NCBI GenBank assembly: GCA_051942205.1
Contig: JAVECO010000010.1
Location: 1 to 64,000, forward strand
DNA length: 64,000 nucleotides
DNA from: Coniocarpon cinnabarinum
Taxonomy: Eukaryota
Direction: 5' to 3'
Shown here: piece by piece, positions 12,545 to 23,801 of the stretch
Layout of the letters: every line of letters starts with the position of its first letter
Position numbering within the stretch: the stretch's first letter is position 1
Program-made: the position numbers and the translations under genes
Notes under the pieces: generated by a model
Databases searched by the model: none
What the model saw: the letters and a program-made list of their open reading frames with translations, nothing else
What the model was told of the DNA's origin: nothing

Positions 12545-13292
12545 ATGGCATCGCCGAATGAATTAAGGTAGGGTTCGCATTGCTGCTCAGTTCCTCCACT
12601 CGATGTGGTCCACCGCCTGTTTCGTTTCTGTTGCACTGACTGACATCCCCAGCAGAGAGCAATTCAAGAACGTCTCCACCCATGCCAAGATCCTCGTGGG
12701 CCCAACTGAGCAAGAGCGAAACGTACCTCGCGAGTTGTTGACTTCCGTGTCGTCCTTTTTCGACTCCGCTCTGAATGGGACTTTCGCAGAAGGCCTGTCG
12801 CAAGTTGTGAAGCTGCCCGAGGATCGACCTGACGTGTGGGATTATTTTCAATATTGGCTTTATACTCGGCGACTAGATCACGAGGCAGTTGACGCCATAG
12901 AGCCCACGAAGCCGGCATATTTTTGGCTCTTGCACCTTTACTCGTTGGTCGACAAGTTGGGTGTCACATTATGCAAGAACGCTATCGCGGACAAGATCGC
13001 ATCGTTGGCTGAAGACACGAACAGCGTGCCAACACCTACCGACACTTGGATTGTGTTCGAAACCTTTGGCGCGAGCAAGACCGACTGCATGCGCAAACTG
13101 GTGGTAGACTTATTTGCGTGGAAAAGGACGGATAATTTGCTGGACTCGCACGAGGACGAATGGCACCCAAGGTTTATGAGAGATCTGGTTGTGCGCATTA
13201 AAACGACCGACATTCGTCAAAGTGAGAAGCCTTGGATCAGGGATATGTGTCGTTATCATGAGCATTCAAAAGCCGATAGATGCATCATGTGA
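12545..13292 (+). CDS. BTB/POZ domain protein, 2 exons (12545-12567, 12653 or 12656-13292)
   Basis: KILVGP..VPRELLTSVSSFFDSALNGTFAEG..VKLPEDRPDVWDYFQYWLYT..LYSLVDKL; C-terminal CRYHEH; intron gtaggg..ctgac..cag. Confidence 0.9.
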
Positions 13293-13896
13293 TCGGGAAG
13301 GTCAAGAGTGCAATAATTGCCTGGTTTTATACCGAGTGACAAGGACAAACTTCCCAAAGTCGAACTCAGTGGCCTCAACTCTGCGCAACATTGATGCGTT
13401 TTACCGTCTCGGCATATGTATACACTCCTTGTGGGCTAAGCTCAGAGCCCGGTCTCGAGAATGAAAGCCATGAAGCCAAGGCTTACCTATTTCATACTCT
13501 AGTCTAGCGAAATCGACGATCTGCAGCTGCCACCCCGCAAATCATCACACGCTAATCAACGGCTCAGGATGCGCTTTACCACGTTGAAACATGAATACGA
13601 TGTTCGTTTGCCCGCGTTGAGACATCAGACCTCCCGAGGCACTCGAAACCTTTCTCAATTTGGTTATATCAAATCGGCAACATACTTTGTAGACGTGACA
13701 AATGCAACTCGGTGGGTAGACTAGACACTAAGTATGCTCAAAGTGGATCTAGTAGATGGCTTGTCATCTCAAACCTGAAGATGCCCTACAAGAAGAAGCC
13801 TATGTCATCCGCATCCCTCTCATCCAAGATTACCGTGAAATTTTCCTTGCTCCAAACTTGAAAGCCTGCCTGTATGAAGCCCTAGGTCAAGAAAGC

Positions 13897-14710
13897 ATGG
13901 CAATCGTGAACGACCTCTTCCGATCTCTCATCCTAATCTGCAGCTTAACGCTTGTCTCCGCCCTACCAGCTGAGAAGCGAACGCCAGCTTGTGACTCAAA
14001 TGTCGGCATCTCCCCTTCTCAAGCCCAGCAAGTCCAAGCCGCGTTCTCGAGCTCAGGCCTTGTCCCCGTCGTAGCTCCCGGCATCAATCCGACGTCTGAT
14101 GTCGAGGGAGACTACAACGGCAAGGAGATCGATCTAGGAAACGTGTATAGCACTGCTGGTACGTCGTCAGACCTGTCGTCCGTGCAAGACACACAGAGGC
14201 AGAAACTCCACTGATGCGCCTTCGTAGAAACTCTTACATCACCCACCATCGTGTTCACGCCGGAGGACGGCTACGATCCGGCGACAACCAACTACACCTT
14301 TATCGTACGCCTTCCGCGTTCGCTCGTCATCGTCCTCGCTGCTGACCATGCGTGATTAGTTTGTCGATCCTGATGCAACAGGCCCCGAAACTCCCATATT
14401 GCGGTTCTTCTTGCACGCACTAGTCTACAATGCGCACCCCTCTTGCGTTTCAGGCCCTGTGCTTTCCCAGACGGAGGCGACGACTCTGGCACCCTACTTG
14501 AGTCTGACACCGCTGAGTGTGGCCAATCACCGGTATACGCAGCTGGTGTACCGACAGCCGCCTGGCGAGTTCAAACCCCAGTTGCAGCTTGGTGAGGCGG
14601 CGCGTGGAACATTCGACTTGCAAAGTTTTGTTGCTGCTGGAGCCTTAGAATTAGTCGGTGGAAATTATTTCTTGGAAGGGCTAGACAGCCTTGGGGATAT
14701 CGGAAAGTGA
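13897..14710 (+). CDS. Secreted PEBP (phosphatidylethanolamine-binding protein family) protein, 3 exons
   Basis: Signal peptide ending VSA-LP plus a KR site; spliced YTFI|FVDPDA, FLH and HRYTQLVYRQP; introns 14159-14227 and ~14305-14359. Confidence 0.85.
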
Positions 14711-15036
14711 TTACCATTGAACAAGTATGCAGAAGGATTAGATCCGTGAGGTTTGCGTGCATGAGTTTCCTTAGCAAATGTCAGTCAGTCTACATCATTT
14801 TGTTCTGCGCCACATTCTAGATTGCTGTAGTGCATTCCTTGTGGCTTTTCAACTTCATTCGCCGGCGCCCGCTTTGTCAATCTAAGGTGTTCTATACGTA
14901 GCTCACGTGCTTTGGCTTTGTTGAAGAACGCCTTGCTTACTCCTTATCATTTTCACCAGGAAGCACGAAGCCCCGGTCAAGCCTTTTCGTCGAGAAGGGC
15001 GCATCACGGGTGAATGATCAATTGCCTGCCTTCCAT

Positions 15037-15877
15037 TTAAGGTACCAGTTCCCATTTCTCGGCGTTCCACATATTCTCTTTCTCTTCATGCAATTCCTCC
15101 GACTCTGTCCCACATTCCATAGTACGATTGTTGACCTCGAGAACATCCTGCGCTCGCGGATGGTATTCGTCGACAATGTCGGCGTTGGCACGCCCTGAAA
15201 GCCCATGTCCACCTTGTTCAAGCGATCTCACTTCTCTGTCTGTTTCGAGAGTGTTGCATAATTCATTCTCAGCATCGCACTAGGGCTGGTTCTCCTCGCG
15301 CCTTAGAGCACTGCTTGAAGAGCTCTTTTGAGAGCTGTTGCTGGGCAAGGAAGTTGACTTCTCCGTATTCTTGGGAGCTTCAGCTCTGTTTGAGACAACA
15401 TTTATGACCGTAGCACGGACTGATGCTGCGTTGAGGCTCTCTACATTGATGGTGTGCGCGTGTAGATCTTGCACGCATAAAATCTTGTGTGACGATGTTT
15501 TTCGCACGTACAGTCGTTGCATGTATTTTAGGAACGTCGATGTCTTTGCAGTCGACCTCGTCCACCCTCGTGATGTTCGCTTGAACGTCTTCTGCCTCGG
15601 CTTCCTCCCTCCGCGCCTGCTCAATCGTGACAAGCAACTGCCAGATGCGTTCCGTGGTCTCCTCGTGGACTGGTAGTACTTTGTATGCATCTTGCATGTT
15701 TGTGATAATAGCATTGAGGGCTGCCCATGTCAGACGGAAGGACGGGATGTTGCGCTCGTCATCCGGGACAGCATCCGATTTCCTAGGCTGCAACACAGGT
15801 GAGGTCTTCTATGGAGTAGTACGTTAGTGACAACGATAACAGATGTAGTGGGGTACAGTACAGACATTAGCAGACAT
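15037..15877 (-). CDS. Putative orphan acidic protein, ~183 aa, 3 exons (15877-15866, 15808-15512, 15279-15037)
   Basis: Intron 1 gtctgt..cactaac..catag and intron 2 gtacgt..ctaag..ctag both join in phase 0, linking two separate ORF-track fragments. No recognisable domain. Confidence 0.45.
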
Positions 15878-17036
15878 GCCACAGTTTGGTAGATGTGAGC
15901 TGTATAATGCGGAAAGCTCTGCTCGCTCGGTTGAAGCAAAGAGAACAAACGCTTGGGCAGCGCATTGTGCAATTGTCAAGAACGAAACCGAGCATTTTCG
16001 CAATGGCATGTCGTATAGCGTGCTGACTATAGTGCTACAGTATTTGGGCTGTCACTGCGTAGTTCCTTTTTTTTTCCCTTCGCTCATGCGGACTGAGGAG
16101 AAAGGCGTCAAATGGGTGTTGCTGTGAGACAGGATTCTAGGCAAAAGGCGAAGAGACGACAAAGCCTACCTCACTACAGTCCGCATATCTTTATCTTAGG
16201 ATTATTTTTGCTTAGAACCTCTTTGCATTAGATGGGGACGTTACTTCTGAACCGTTCTGCGCAAGATCGACAGCTATCTTGTTGGTGGTCTGAAAAGCGG
16301 AACGACTTCCCAGAGCGCCGAGGGGCAAATCACTGCCAATGTCTACATCCCAACCCATGATTAGGTGATACCAAGATTAAGCCTGACTTGCACCAGCAAG
16401 CCCCTCCACTGCTAAACTATTTGTTTAATGTGAGAGCTTTGTACAGCTTACCATCGCTTTGACATACCGAAATATGTTGCTAGTCATGTGAGATTTCGCT
16501 GGACCGTTATTTAAGCGCTTGGGTACATCAGCGCAGCAACATCATGGGTAAATCACGGTCTGTTGGCAAGTCGCCCTTTCCCATTCCTGAATCCCTCAAT
16601 CGTGGGCGGTAATCTGATGTGCTGATCCAAGCTGTCTTAGCTAGCTGAAGCTGCTGGCTTGCTATGCCTGATGGGCCCATATCAGTCCTGACGATGGATC
16701 TTGTATGTTGAACTAGAGATCTATCTGCTCATGCTGGCGCCATTCTCACTCCGACTACTGCAAGACCATCCACACCCGTCTTCCGCAGGGAAGAATGCCT
16801 CAGCCTATACATGTCGCTTTGGCTTTCGGAGCGCCGACGAAGTTTTGGGCAAATAGCGCGATCCCGTGCTAGCATCATCAATGTTCACTGACCGGCTCGT
16901 CGCATGTCCTACTTAGTTCCTGGGACCATCCCTTGACAAGTTGACCGGGAGCGGGATCCTCCGTAGGTCTTGTATGCGCCGGTCTCGACTGCGGACGAGC
17001 TTCTCGTTGAACATACGCGCTCGATAAGCACGGCAG

Positions 17037-17084
17037 AGTCACGTGACTGGAGGTCAGCATTCTTGCCGGCGCAAGATCACGTGA
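17037..17084. promoter_or_regulatory. Two TCACGTGA E-box palindromes upstream of the MFS gene
   Basis: agtcacgtgact (17037-17048) and tcacgtga (17077-17084), ~300 bp upstream of the ATG; a GATAAG at ~17023. Confidence 0.4.
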
Positions 17085-17375
17085 CAAGACGTCCCTTCGC
17101 TACCCCGCAAACGCTGATGACAAGCACACTCGTCTCATCTCCGCCCGACCTCAACTACGCTTGCCATGCACCTTGTTCATGCTCTTCTGCAGGCCGTTCG
17201 CGGTCATCTTGATCCGATGGTCACTTGCCAGCATTGGCGTCTGTGGCGTCAACAAGGGCCCCGAGTGCCATCATGTAGGTAGCAGATGCTCAACGCGCTG
17301 AACAGCTCATAGACTTCCTTTGCTCCTCTTTCGTCCGTCTCCATTCTGTCCAATTCGTATGAGTAGCTGCGCTTG

Positions 17376-18995
17376 ATGCAGCATTCTCAGTATTCTCAAA
17401 TGGGCAAAGCAAGCTCAGGCAGTCCTTCCTCCTCGGAGCGCGTCTCGGCACAAGCACAAGACAGGAAAGCAGTTCCCTCTCACATAGAGAACCAGCCTCC
17501 TCATTCCCATCATGCTTTTCAAACCTCCCGCACCGGTGGTGGTGATGCTGCCCTTACTCTCTTCAATAATCCAGACGAGCTCCACGAACCTTATGACGAA
17601 AAGGAAGAGGCCCGTTTAGTCCGCAAGATAGATTTCATGATTTTGCCATATCTTGCCGTCTGCTACGCCTTCTTCTACATCGATAAGACTACCCTTTCCT
17701 ACGCTGCAATTTTTGGCATTCGAGATGACCTTCATCTTCATGGCACTCAGTACAACTGGCTGTCATCCATCTTCTATTTCGGCTTTCTAGCCTGGGCGTT
17801 TCCTACCAACTACATGATGCAGCGCTTCCCCATCGCCAGGTACTTGGGCATCAATATCTTCATGTGGGGCGTCTTTCTCATGATACAGGCCGCCTGCAAC
17901 TCCTTCTCGACGCTGGCGGTGCTTCGCGCGCTAGGCGGAGCCGCAGAAAGTTGCTCAGATCCTTCATTCATGCTCATTACCAGCATGTGGTACACGCGTC
18001 GCCAACAACCAGTCCGCATAGGTCTCTGGTATACTGCCAATGGGTTTGGTATCGCGCTCGGTGGCCTGCTCGGCTACGGTATTGGTCACGTCCGCGGAGC
18101 CCTTCCTTCATGGAAATACGAATTTCTCATCATCGGCGCCCTGTGTTGCGTTTGGGGCGTCGTGCTCTTCTTCTGTCTACCGGATTCTCCTGTCACGGCG
18201 CGCTTGCTTACAGCTCGCGAACGTCGCATCGCCGTTGAGCGTTTACGCGAAAATCAGACAGGCGTCGAGAATAAGCACTTCAAGTGGTATCAGGTCAGGG
18301 AAGCGTTTCTGGACTACAAGCTCTATCTTTTCTTTCTGATTGCCGTTGTGGGAAATACACCCAATGGTGGCATTTCAAACTTTGGCACAATCATCATTCA
18401 GGGATTTGGATACTCAACGCTTGTCACAACACTCCTACAAATTCCTTATGGCGTCTTTATTGCGCTCTCAATCTTGGTGTGCGTGTACGCCAACGACTGG
18501 GTCGCAAAGCGGGGCCACAACTCCCGGATCTACTTTCTCATTCTTTTCCTCATCCCCAACATTGCAGGCTCTTTCGGCCTCAGATTTGTGCCACTGGATC
18601 AGCACGTGGGTCGTCTCATTTGCTATTATCTGACGGGTCCTTACAATGCGGCCTTTGTGCTCGTTCTCTCCCTCCAGACTGCCAACACTGCTGGACACAC
18701 CAAGAAGGTGACCACCAACGCAGCGTTGTTCCTTGGCTACTGCACCGGCAACATCGCTGGGCCCTTCTTCTTCAAGACAAGCCAGACGCCCGTGTATGAG
18801 CTCGGAGTGTGGATGATGATTGTGAGTCATTTGCTAGAAATCGTCGCTGTTGTTGCCCTACGAATGCTCTTGGCCAGGGACAACAGGAAGAGAGATCAGG
18901 CGCAAGACGGGAGGGACCGAGAGCGGGATATGGACGAGACAGCATTTGGAGACCTGACAGATCGGGAGAACAAAAATTTTCGGTACATTTATTAA
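17376..18995 (+). CDS. MFS transporter, Dal5/allantoate permease (anion:cation symporter) family, intronless
   Basis: RLVRKIDFMILP, IDKTTLSYAAIFG, YNWLSSIFYFGFL, ITSMWYTRRQQ..R.G.W, NTAGHTKK, GNIAGPFFF and C-terminal FGDLTDRENKNFRY. The start could instead be 17400. Confidence 0.95.
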   Translation: MQHSQYSQMGKASSGSPSSSERVSAQAQDRKAVPSHIENQPPHSHHAFQTSRTGGGDAALTLFNNPDELHEPYDEKEEARLVRKIDFMILPYLAVCYAFFYIDKTTLSYAAIFGIRDDLHLHGTQYNWLSSIFYFGFLAWAFPTNYMMQRFPIARYLGINIFMWGVFLMIQAACNSFSTLAVLRALGGAAESCSDPSFMLITSMWYTRRQQPVRIGLWYTANGFGIALGGLLGYGIGHVRGALPSWKYEFLIIGALCCVWGVVLFFCLPDSPVTARLLTARERRIAVERLRENQTGVENKHFKWYQVREAFLDYKLYLFFLIAVVGNTPNGGISNFGTIIIQGFGYSTLVTTLLQIPYGVFIALSILVCVYANDWVAKRGHNSRIYFLILFLIPNIAGSFGLRFVPLDQHVGRLICYYLTGPYNAAFVLVLSLQTANTAGHTKKVTTNAALFLGYCTGNIAGPFFFKTSQTPVYELGVWMMIVSHLLEIVAVVALRMLLARDNRKRDQAQDGRDRERDMDETAFGDLTDRENKNFRYIY

Positions 18996-19600
18996 TACTT
19001 GGGACCACCAAGCAGTCCAGCAATCGGTAGTAAGGTGATTGACATGTGAAAAGTTATATGCCTGACTGTTTGCCTTGATAATGTTCATTGATATCATTCA
19101 AAAATCAACACTTCATGAGCAACCTGGTGATAAATACTGGTGGTAGTTGTAGAAGCAGTAGTCAAGTGTATACCAGATATGCGGCAGTGCACACATGTAC
19201 ACCCAGAACCAGCCACACCGACTCCAAATCTAGGGGCTGCCTCCCCTAAGCACTGCCCCTAAGTTGCCAGGAGATACGCCTCCCCAAACGCCCTAAATTT
19301 GCCCCCGGGGCGCTGCCAGCACGCCCCGGTTTCTTCCGGTGTGGGTTGGTATGTGAGCACCACATCACGTGATACGAGGTATGAATCGCAGGCTGCAACA
19401 TCAAACAGAAGGAAAACATGTAACCCCTGCGTGGTTTTTACGTGGCTGCGATGGCTGCATAGCCAATACGCGGTGCAGAGACACCTACCTAGATGCGCTT
19501 GACTCGGGGCGAGCTTGACCGGACGACGAAAAGCCAATGGATAGCCTAAAGCAGCCCGGGCAGCTCTACAGCTGTCGATTCATCCTGCCCTCAACTACGA

Positions 19601-19607
19601 TGAGTCA
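19601..19607. promoter_or_regulatory. Gcn4/CpcA-type TGAGTCA site upstream of the dihydroxy-acid dehydratase
   Basis: atgagtcaa about 65 bp upstream of the ATG. Also three STRE-like AGGGG/CCCCT at 19232-19260 and atcacgtgat at ~19364. Confidence 0.45.
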
Positions 19608-19670
19608 ATAGCCCTGTTCTTCCCATCTTTCCTTCCATCCCTTCTTCTTTGAGCCTGTGCAATCTTCGAC

Positions 19671-21574
19671 ATGGATCCGTCCAATACCGACAAGCAGCGA
19701 GAAGCCGAAGAGCCTCGTTTTCTCGACTTTCCTCACGCCCAAGATGGCCGGCTGAACAAGTTCTCTTCCACGTTGACCAAGGACCATGACTTTCCTGCGG
19801 CTCAAGCCATGCTCTACGCCGCTGGTGTACCTAGCAAGGACGCCATGAAGAATCACGCCCACGTCGGTATTGCCTCGGTGTGGTGGGAAGGCAATCCTTG
19901 CAAGTTAGGAACTCAGCGAGAGATGAGAGGCCGGACGCACGCTGACGAATGTTCAGCATGCATCGTAAGAGCCCTTTCGGACAGCTATGACACTAGTTCA
20001 CGCCTGACCTCGACACGATAGTTCTCGACCTAGCCAAGACCGTCAAATCCTCGGTCGAAAAGCAGGCCATGCTGGGTTGGCAATATAACACAATCGGAGT
20101 CAGCGATGGCATTACCATGGGCGGAGAAGGCATGCGCTTCTCTTTGCAGACACGCGAAATCATTGCAGACAGCATCGAGACGGTGACTTGTGCGCAGTTC
20201 CACGATGCTTGCATCGCTATTCCAGGCTGTGACAAGAACATGCCCGGCTGCGTGATGGGCTTCGCACGCCACAATCGACCTAGTATCATGGTCTATGGCG
20301 GGACAATCAATCCAGGCTACTCTCGTCTGCTCAAAAAGAACATCAGCGTCTCAGCCTGCTTCGAAGCCCATGGCGCATACCAGTACAATACCCTGACCAA
20401 CCCCCATGACCCCACTTCCACGAAAGAAGACATCATGGATGATCTGGAGTCGCACTCTTGTCCCGGACAGGGCGCCTGTGGAGGCATGTTCACCGCCAAC
20501 ACCATGGCCACCGCGATCGAAGCCATGGGTCTGTCCCTCCCCAATTCGTCCTCGATTCCGGCATCTTCCCCAGCCAAGATGCGAGAATGTCAGCGCGTCG
20601 TGGAGGCCATTAAGATCTGTATGGAGCAGGGCATTACGCCTCGCCGCTTACTCACGAAGAGGGCTTTTGAAAACGCAATGGTCATGATGATGGCGCTCGG
20701 TGGCAGTACGAATGGCGTCTTGCATATGCTCGCCATGGCAGGGACTGCAGGCGTGGACCTCACGCTGGATGACTTCCAGCGAATATCTGACAAAATACCT
20801 TTCATTGCTGATCTGTCGCCCTCAGGCAAATACATGATGGTAGATCTCTACGAAGCTGGCGGCGTGCCCAGTGTCATGAAGCTACTGTGTGCTGCCGGTC
20901 TACTGTACGGCGATCAGCTCACTGTAACAGGCAAGACCATTGCTGAAAATGTGGCCGCGTTCCCATCGCTGAAGCAAGGGCAAGAGGTCATCCGTCCTCT
21001 GTCGAACCCGATCAAGACGACGGGTCACATTGAGATTCTGCGTGGTAACATTGCGCCTAGCGGTGCCGTGGCGAAGATCACAGGCAAAGAAGGTCTCACG
21101 TTTACTGGGAAGGCACTCGTGTTCGACAAGGAGGCACAGCTCGACGCTGCTCTAAACCGCGGCTTAATTAAGCACGGCGAGAACGTGGTGATCGTCGTGC
21201 GGTACGAAGGGCCCAAAGGTGGGCCCGGCATGCCTGAACAGCTCAAAGCCAGCGCAGCGCTGATGGGTGCGAAATTGACGAACGTCGCGTTGATCACTGA
21301 TGGGCGGTATAGCGGCGCGAGCCATGGGTTCATTGTCGGGCACATATGTCCTGAGGCAGCGGTCGGCGGCCCAATTGGTCTTGTGGAGAACGGCGATGTG
21401 ATTACGATCGATGCACGGAACAATCGATTGGACGTCGATGTAAGTGAAGAGGAAATGGCAAAGCGAAGGGAGCGGTGGGGGGCGCCAAAGATGCCGGTTA
21501 CAAGAGGAGTGCTCGCGAAGTATGCGAGGTTAGTTGGTGATGCAAGTCATGGGGCTATGACGGACTTGTTTTGA
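19671..21574 (+). CDS. ILV3: Dihydroxy-acid dehydratase (IlvD/Ilv3 family), probably a non-mitochondrial paralogue; 3 exons (19671-19903, 19957-19964, 20022-21574)
   Basis: Spliced GNPCNMHLLDLA; SDGITMG; GCDKNMPG; GACGGMFTANTM; GGSTN; YEGPKGGPGMPE; ITDGRYSGASHG..GHICPEA. Confidence 0.96.
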
Positions 21575-22670
21575 TCGTTGTGAGTTGTGAAGGAGCCTGC
21601 ATACATCAGTCGCGCAGAAGCCGCTCCCATCTTTTTTTGACGGTGAAGTAGGTTACTGTTGAAAGTATGGCTCTGGAAACGTGCCGCCCACTTTGGAGGC
21701 TACAACAACTCAAATCCTGCCGCACATGCTCAAGATACTACAGCCACGAATCGATGACTGCCGCTAATAGGTGATGCTGCTGCGAAATGCTGACAATTTG
21801 CAATTGCGCACAATGTCCTTCAATAGCTGGACAGGTTGCAAGGCCTCAGTACCCCAGCAAAGCGCTCGCCTCTGAAGTCTCGGCTCTACCGCTCAATCAG
21901 TCCGCCAGTCACTTCGCATTCTGGCCCAACACGATCCAGTCCGCAGCTGTCTGCTCAGAACCACTCACGGACACCAACTTCTGTCCGTGAACAATATGAT
22001 GTCTCATGTACGAAGTACTTTGGTCTCCTCCCCGTGAAGGCTGCGACCAATCATCTGCGCGGTGTGGCTGGGTCCATTTGCCAGATCGACTGGTTGTCGT
22101 TTGCTCATCCTACTTCGCCCTACCTGGTGCACCCACAATGTTGGGAGCAAATGTTTAGTACCATGTAAGTGTTTGTACTCTGTAGGTATACAAAGTCCCC
22201 AACTTTTTCACATCATCTTTCTCGTTACTGCAATCTTTCCATTCTGGCATGACTCTATTTATCGATGACTGGAACTTTTTTGTCGCGGTCGTCGTTCTGT
22301 AAATCTGTCGCTCACGGACCGCCACCCTTTGGCAGTTGTCCTCAAACCGGCGCAGTTGTCAGTCCTGCACTGTCATTGCTCTGTCACCGTCGCAGTCACG
22401 TAATTGTCCTCCTTTGGGTTTATCCCAGCTTAGCGACCGTGCCCAAGTGTTTGCGGCTGTCCTCCCTCGCGGGTCAAGATCAGTGTACGCACAGTGCGAG
22501 TGTGCATGCAATTGTTCGCGCTGTGTCAGAACGTTGGCGCCTCCACTTCGTTCATCCATCCTTCAACCCTTTTCTCTAGCTTGCAACTTCTTGGGAACTC
22601 ATTGCTACTCAAGCTTCGGTCAATCTATTCAGCAAAGGTTCCTTGACCATCAAAACATTTTCTCTTAGCC

Positions 22671-23801
22671 ATGTTCGTGATCAAGTCTCTTTTCCCGGTG
22701 TTGGCAAAGAAGGAAGAACAGGTCATCTCCGAGCACTCGGCTACCACGTCCGAGCCAGAGATGGTTGAGACACCCTCAACAGCACCCCAAAGACGATCAG
22801 CGACCGCATCTACAACTTCGCCCACAACATTAGCCACACCACCAATCAGGGCGACAGAGAGTGATCGACCTACGGCACATACCGCTACTCCATCACATGC
22901 TGCCAAACAGACTACAGACCTATTCGGAGACCAATTTCAGGCGCAGGGACCCGCTAACACTCAGACTTTGAACCGTCTCCATGATCTGGAGAAGAAGCTG
23001 AAAGGGGTTAATAAATGGGCGGAGTGCAGTGTCGACGTCTACAAACAGCGGTTAGACCGCGCTCATGGATTGTTGCATTCCAAGACGTGCGAGCTGGATC
23101 AAGCCAGAGAAGAAATCGCAGAACTGGAGGCCGCGAACTCCGACCATCACGACGATCTCGAAGAGCTGCGCAAAGACCTCGGCGCAGCGAATAATTCCGA
23201 GCAGGCGCTCAAAGAAGAGAATAGATCTCTGCGCCGGCAGCTCGAGGCGCATGATGCACAGCCTCAACCACCAAGCGCTCACCGCCGTTCGTGTGAAACA
23301 AGAGGAGGCCCTTCGTCAGCCAGGACTCGTCAAAGAGAGGCTTCAGGATCGCAGCAAGCGACATCATCACACACTCCCTGTGGATTAAACGATGTCGAAG
23401 TGCTACTGCCCACACAGGCGACTCCCCAGTCCCCTACCGTTCTCTCTATAATGCTTCAAGACTTCATCAGAGAACATATCGAAGAATACACCGACACCCC
23501 CAACAAGCGCGAAAAGTGGAACCGCGGCACCCTCAAAGCCGGGACCTGTTGCACCAGCCGGCGGTACCAGCGTCCCTGCGTGCTGGATGCAAACCTTGGA
23601 GCTCACGCGTGCGACCGCTGCGTCAGTGAGGGTGTTCCTTGTTTTCAGAAACGAGGCAGAACTAAGGCGGTGCTGATGCCTTTACCGGAAGAGAAACGTG
23701 GGAGTCACAATCCGAATAGTCTTGCCTACTGGGTGGATGTGGAGGCATGGCGGAAGACTACCCTCGGAAAGAGGATGGCAAGGAGGCTGCTCAGCTCTTG
23801 A
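22671..23801 (+). CDS. Hypothetical protein: S/T-rich N-terminus, central coiled coil, C-terminal Cys cluster
   Basis: 376-aa ORF; heptad region LDQAREEIAELEA..LRRQLE; CC-x8-C-x10-CDRC-x6-C followed by LMPLP..R..YWV. Confidence 0.7.
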   Translation: MFVIKSLFPVLAKKEEQVISEHSATTSEPEMVETPSTAPQRRSATASTTSPTTLATPPIRATESDRPTAHTATPSHAAKQTTDLFGDQFQAQGPANTQTLNRLHDLEKKLKGVNKWAECSVDVYKQRLDRAHGLLHSKTCELDQAREEIAELEAANSDHHDDLEELRKDLGAANNSEQALKEENRSLRRQLEAHDAQPQPPSAHRRSCETRGGPSSARTRQREASGSQQATSSHTPCGLNDVEVLLPTQATPQSPTVLSIMLQDFIREHIEEYTDTPNKREKWNRGTLKAGTCCTSRRYQRPCVLDANLGAHACDRCVSEGVPCFQKRGRTKAVLMPLPEEKRGSHNPNSLAYWVDVEAWRKTTLGKRMARRLLSS

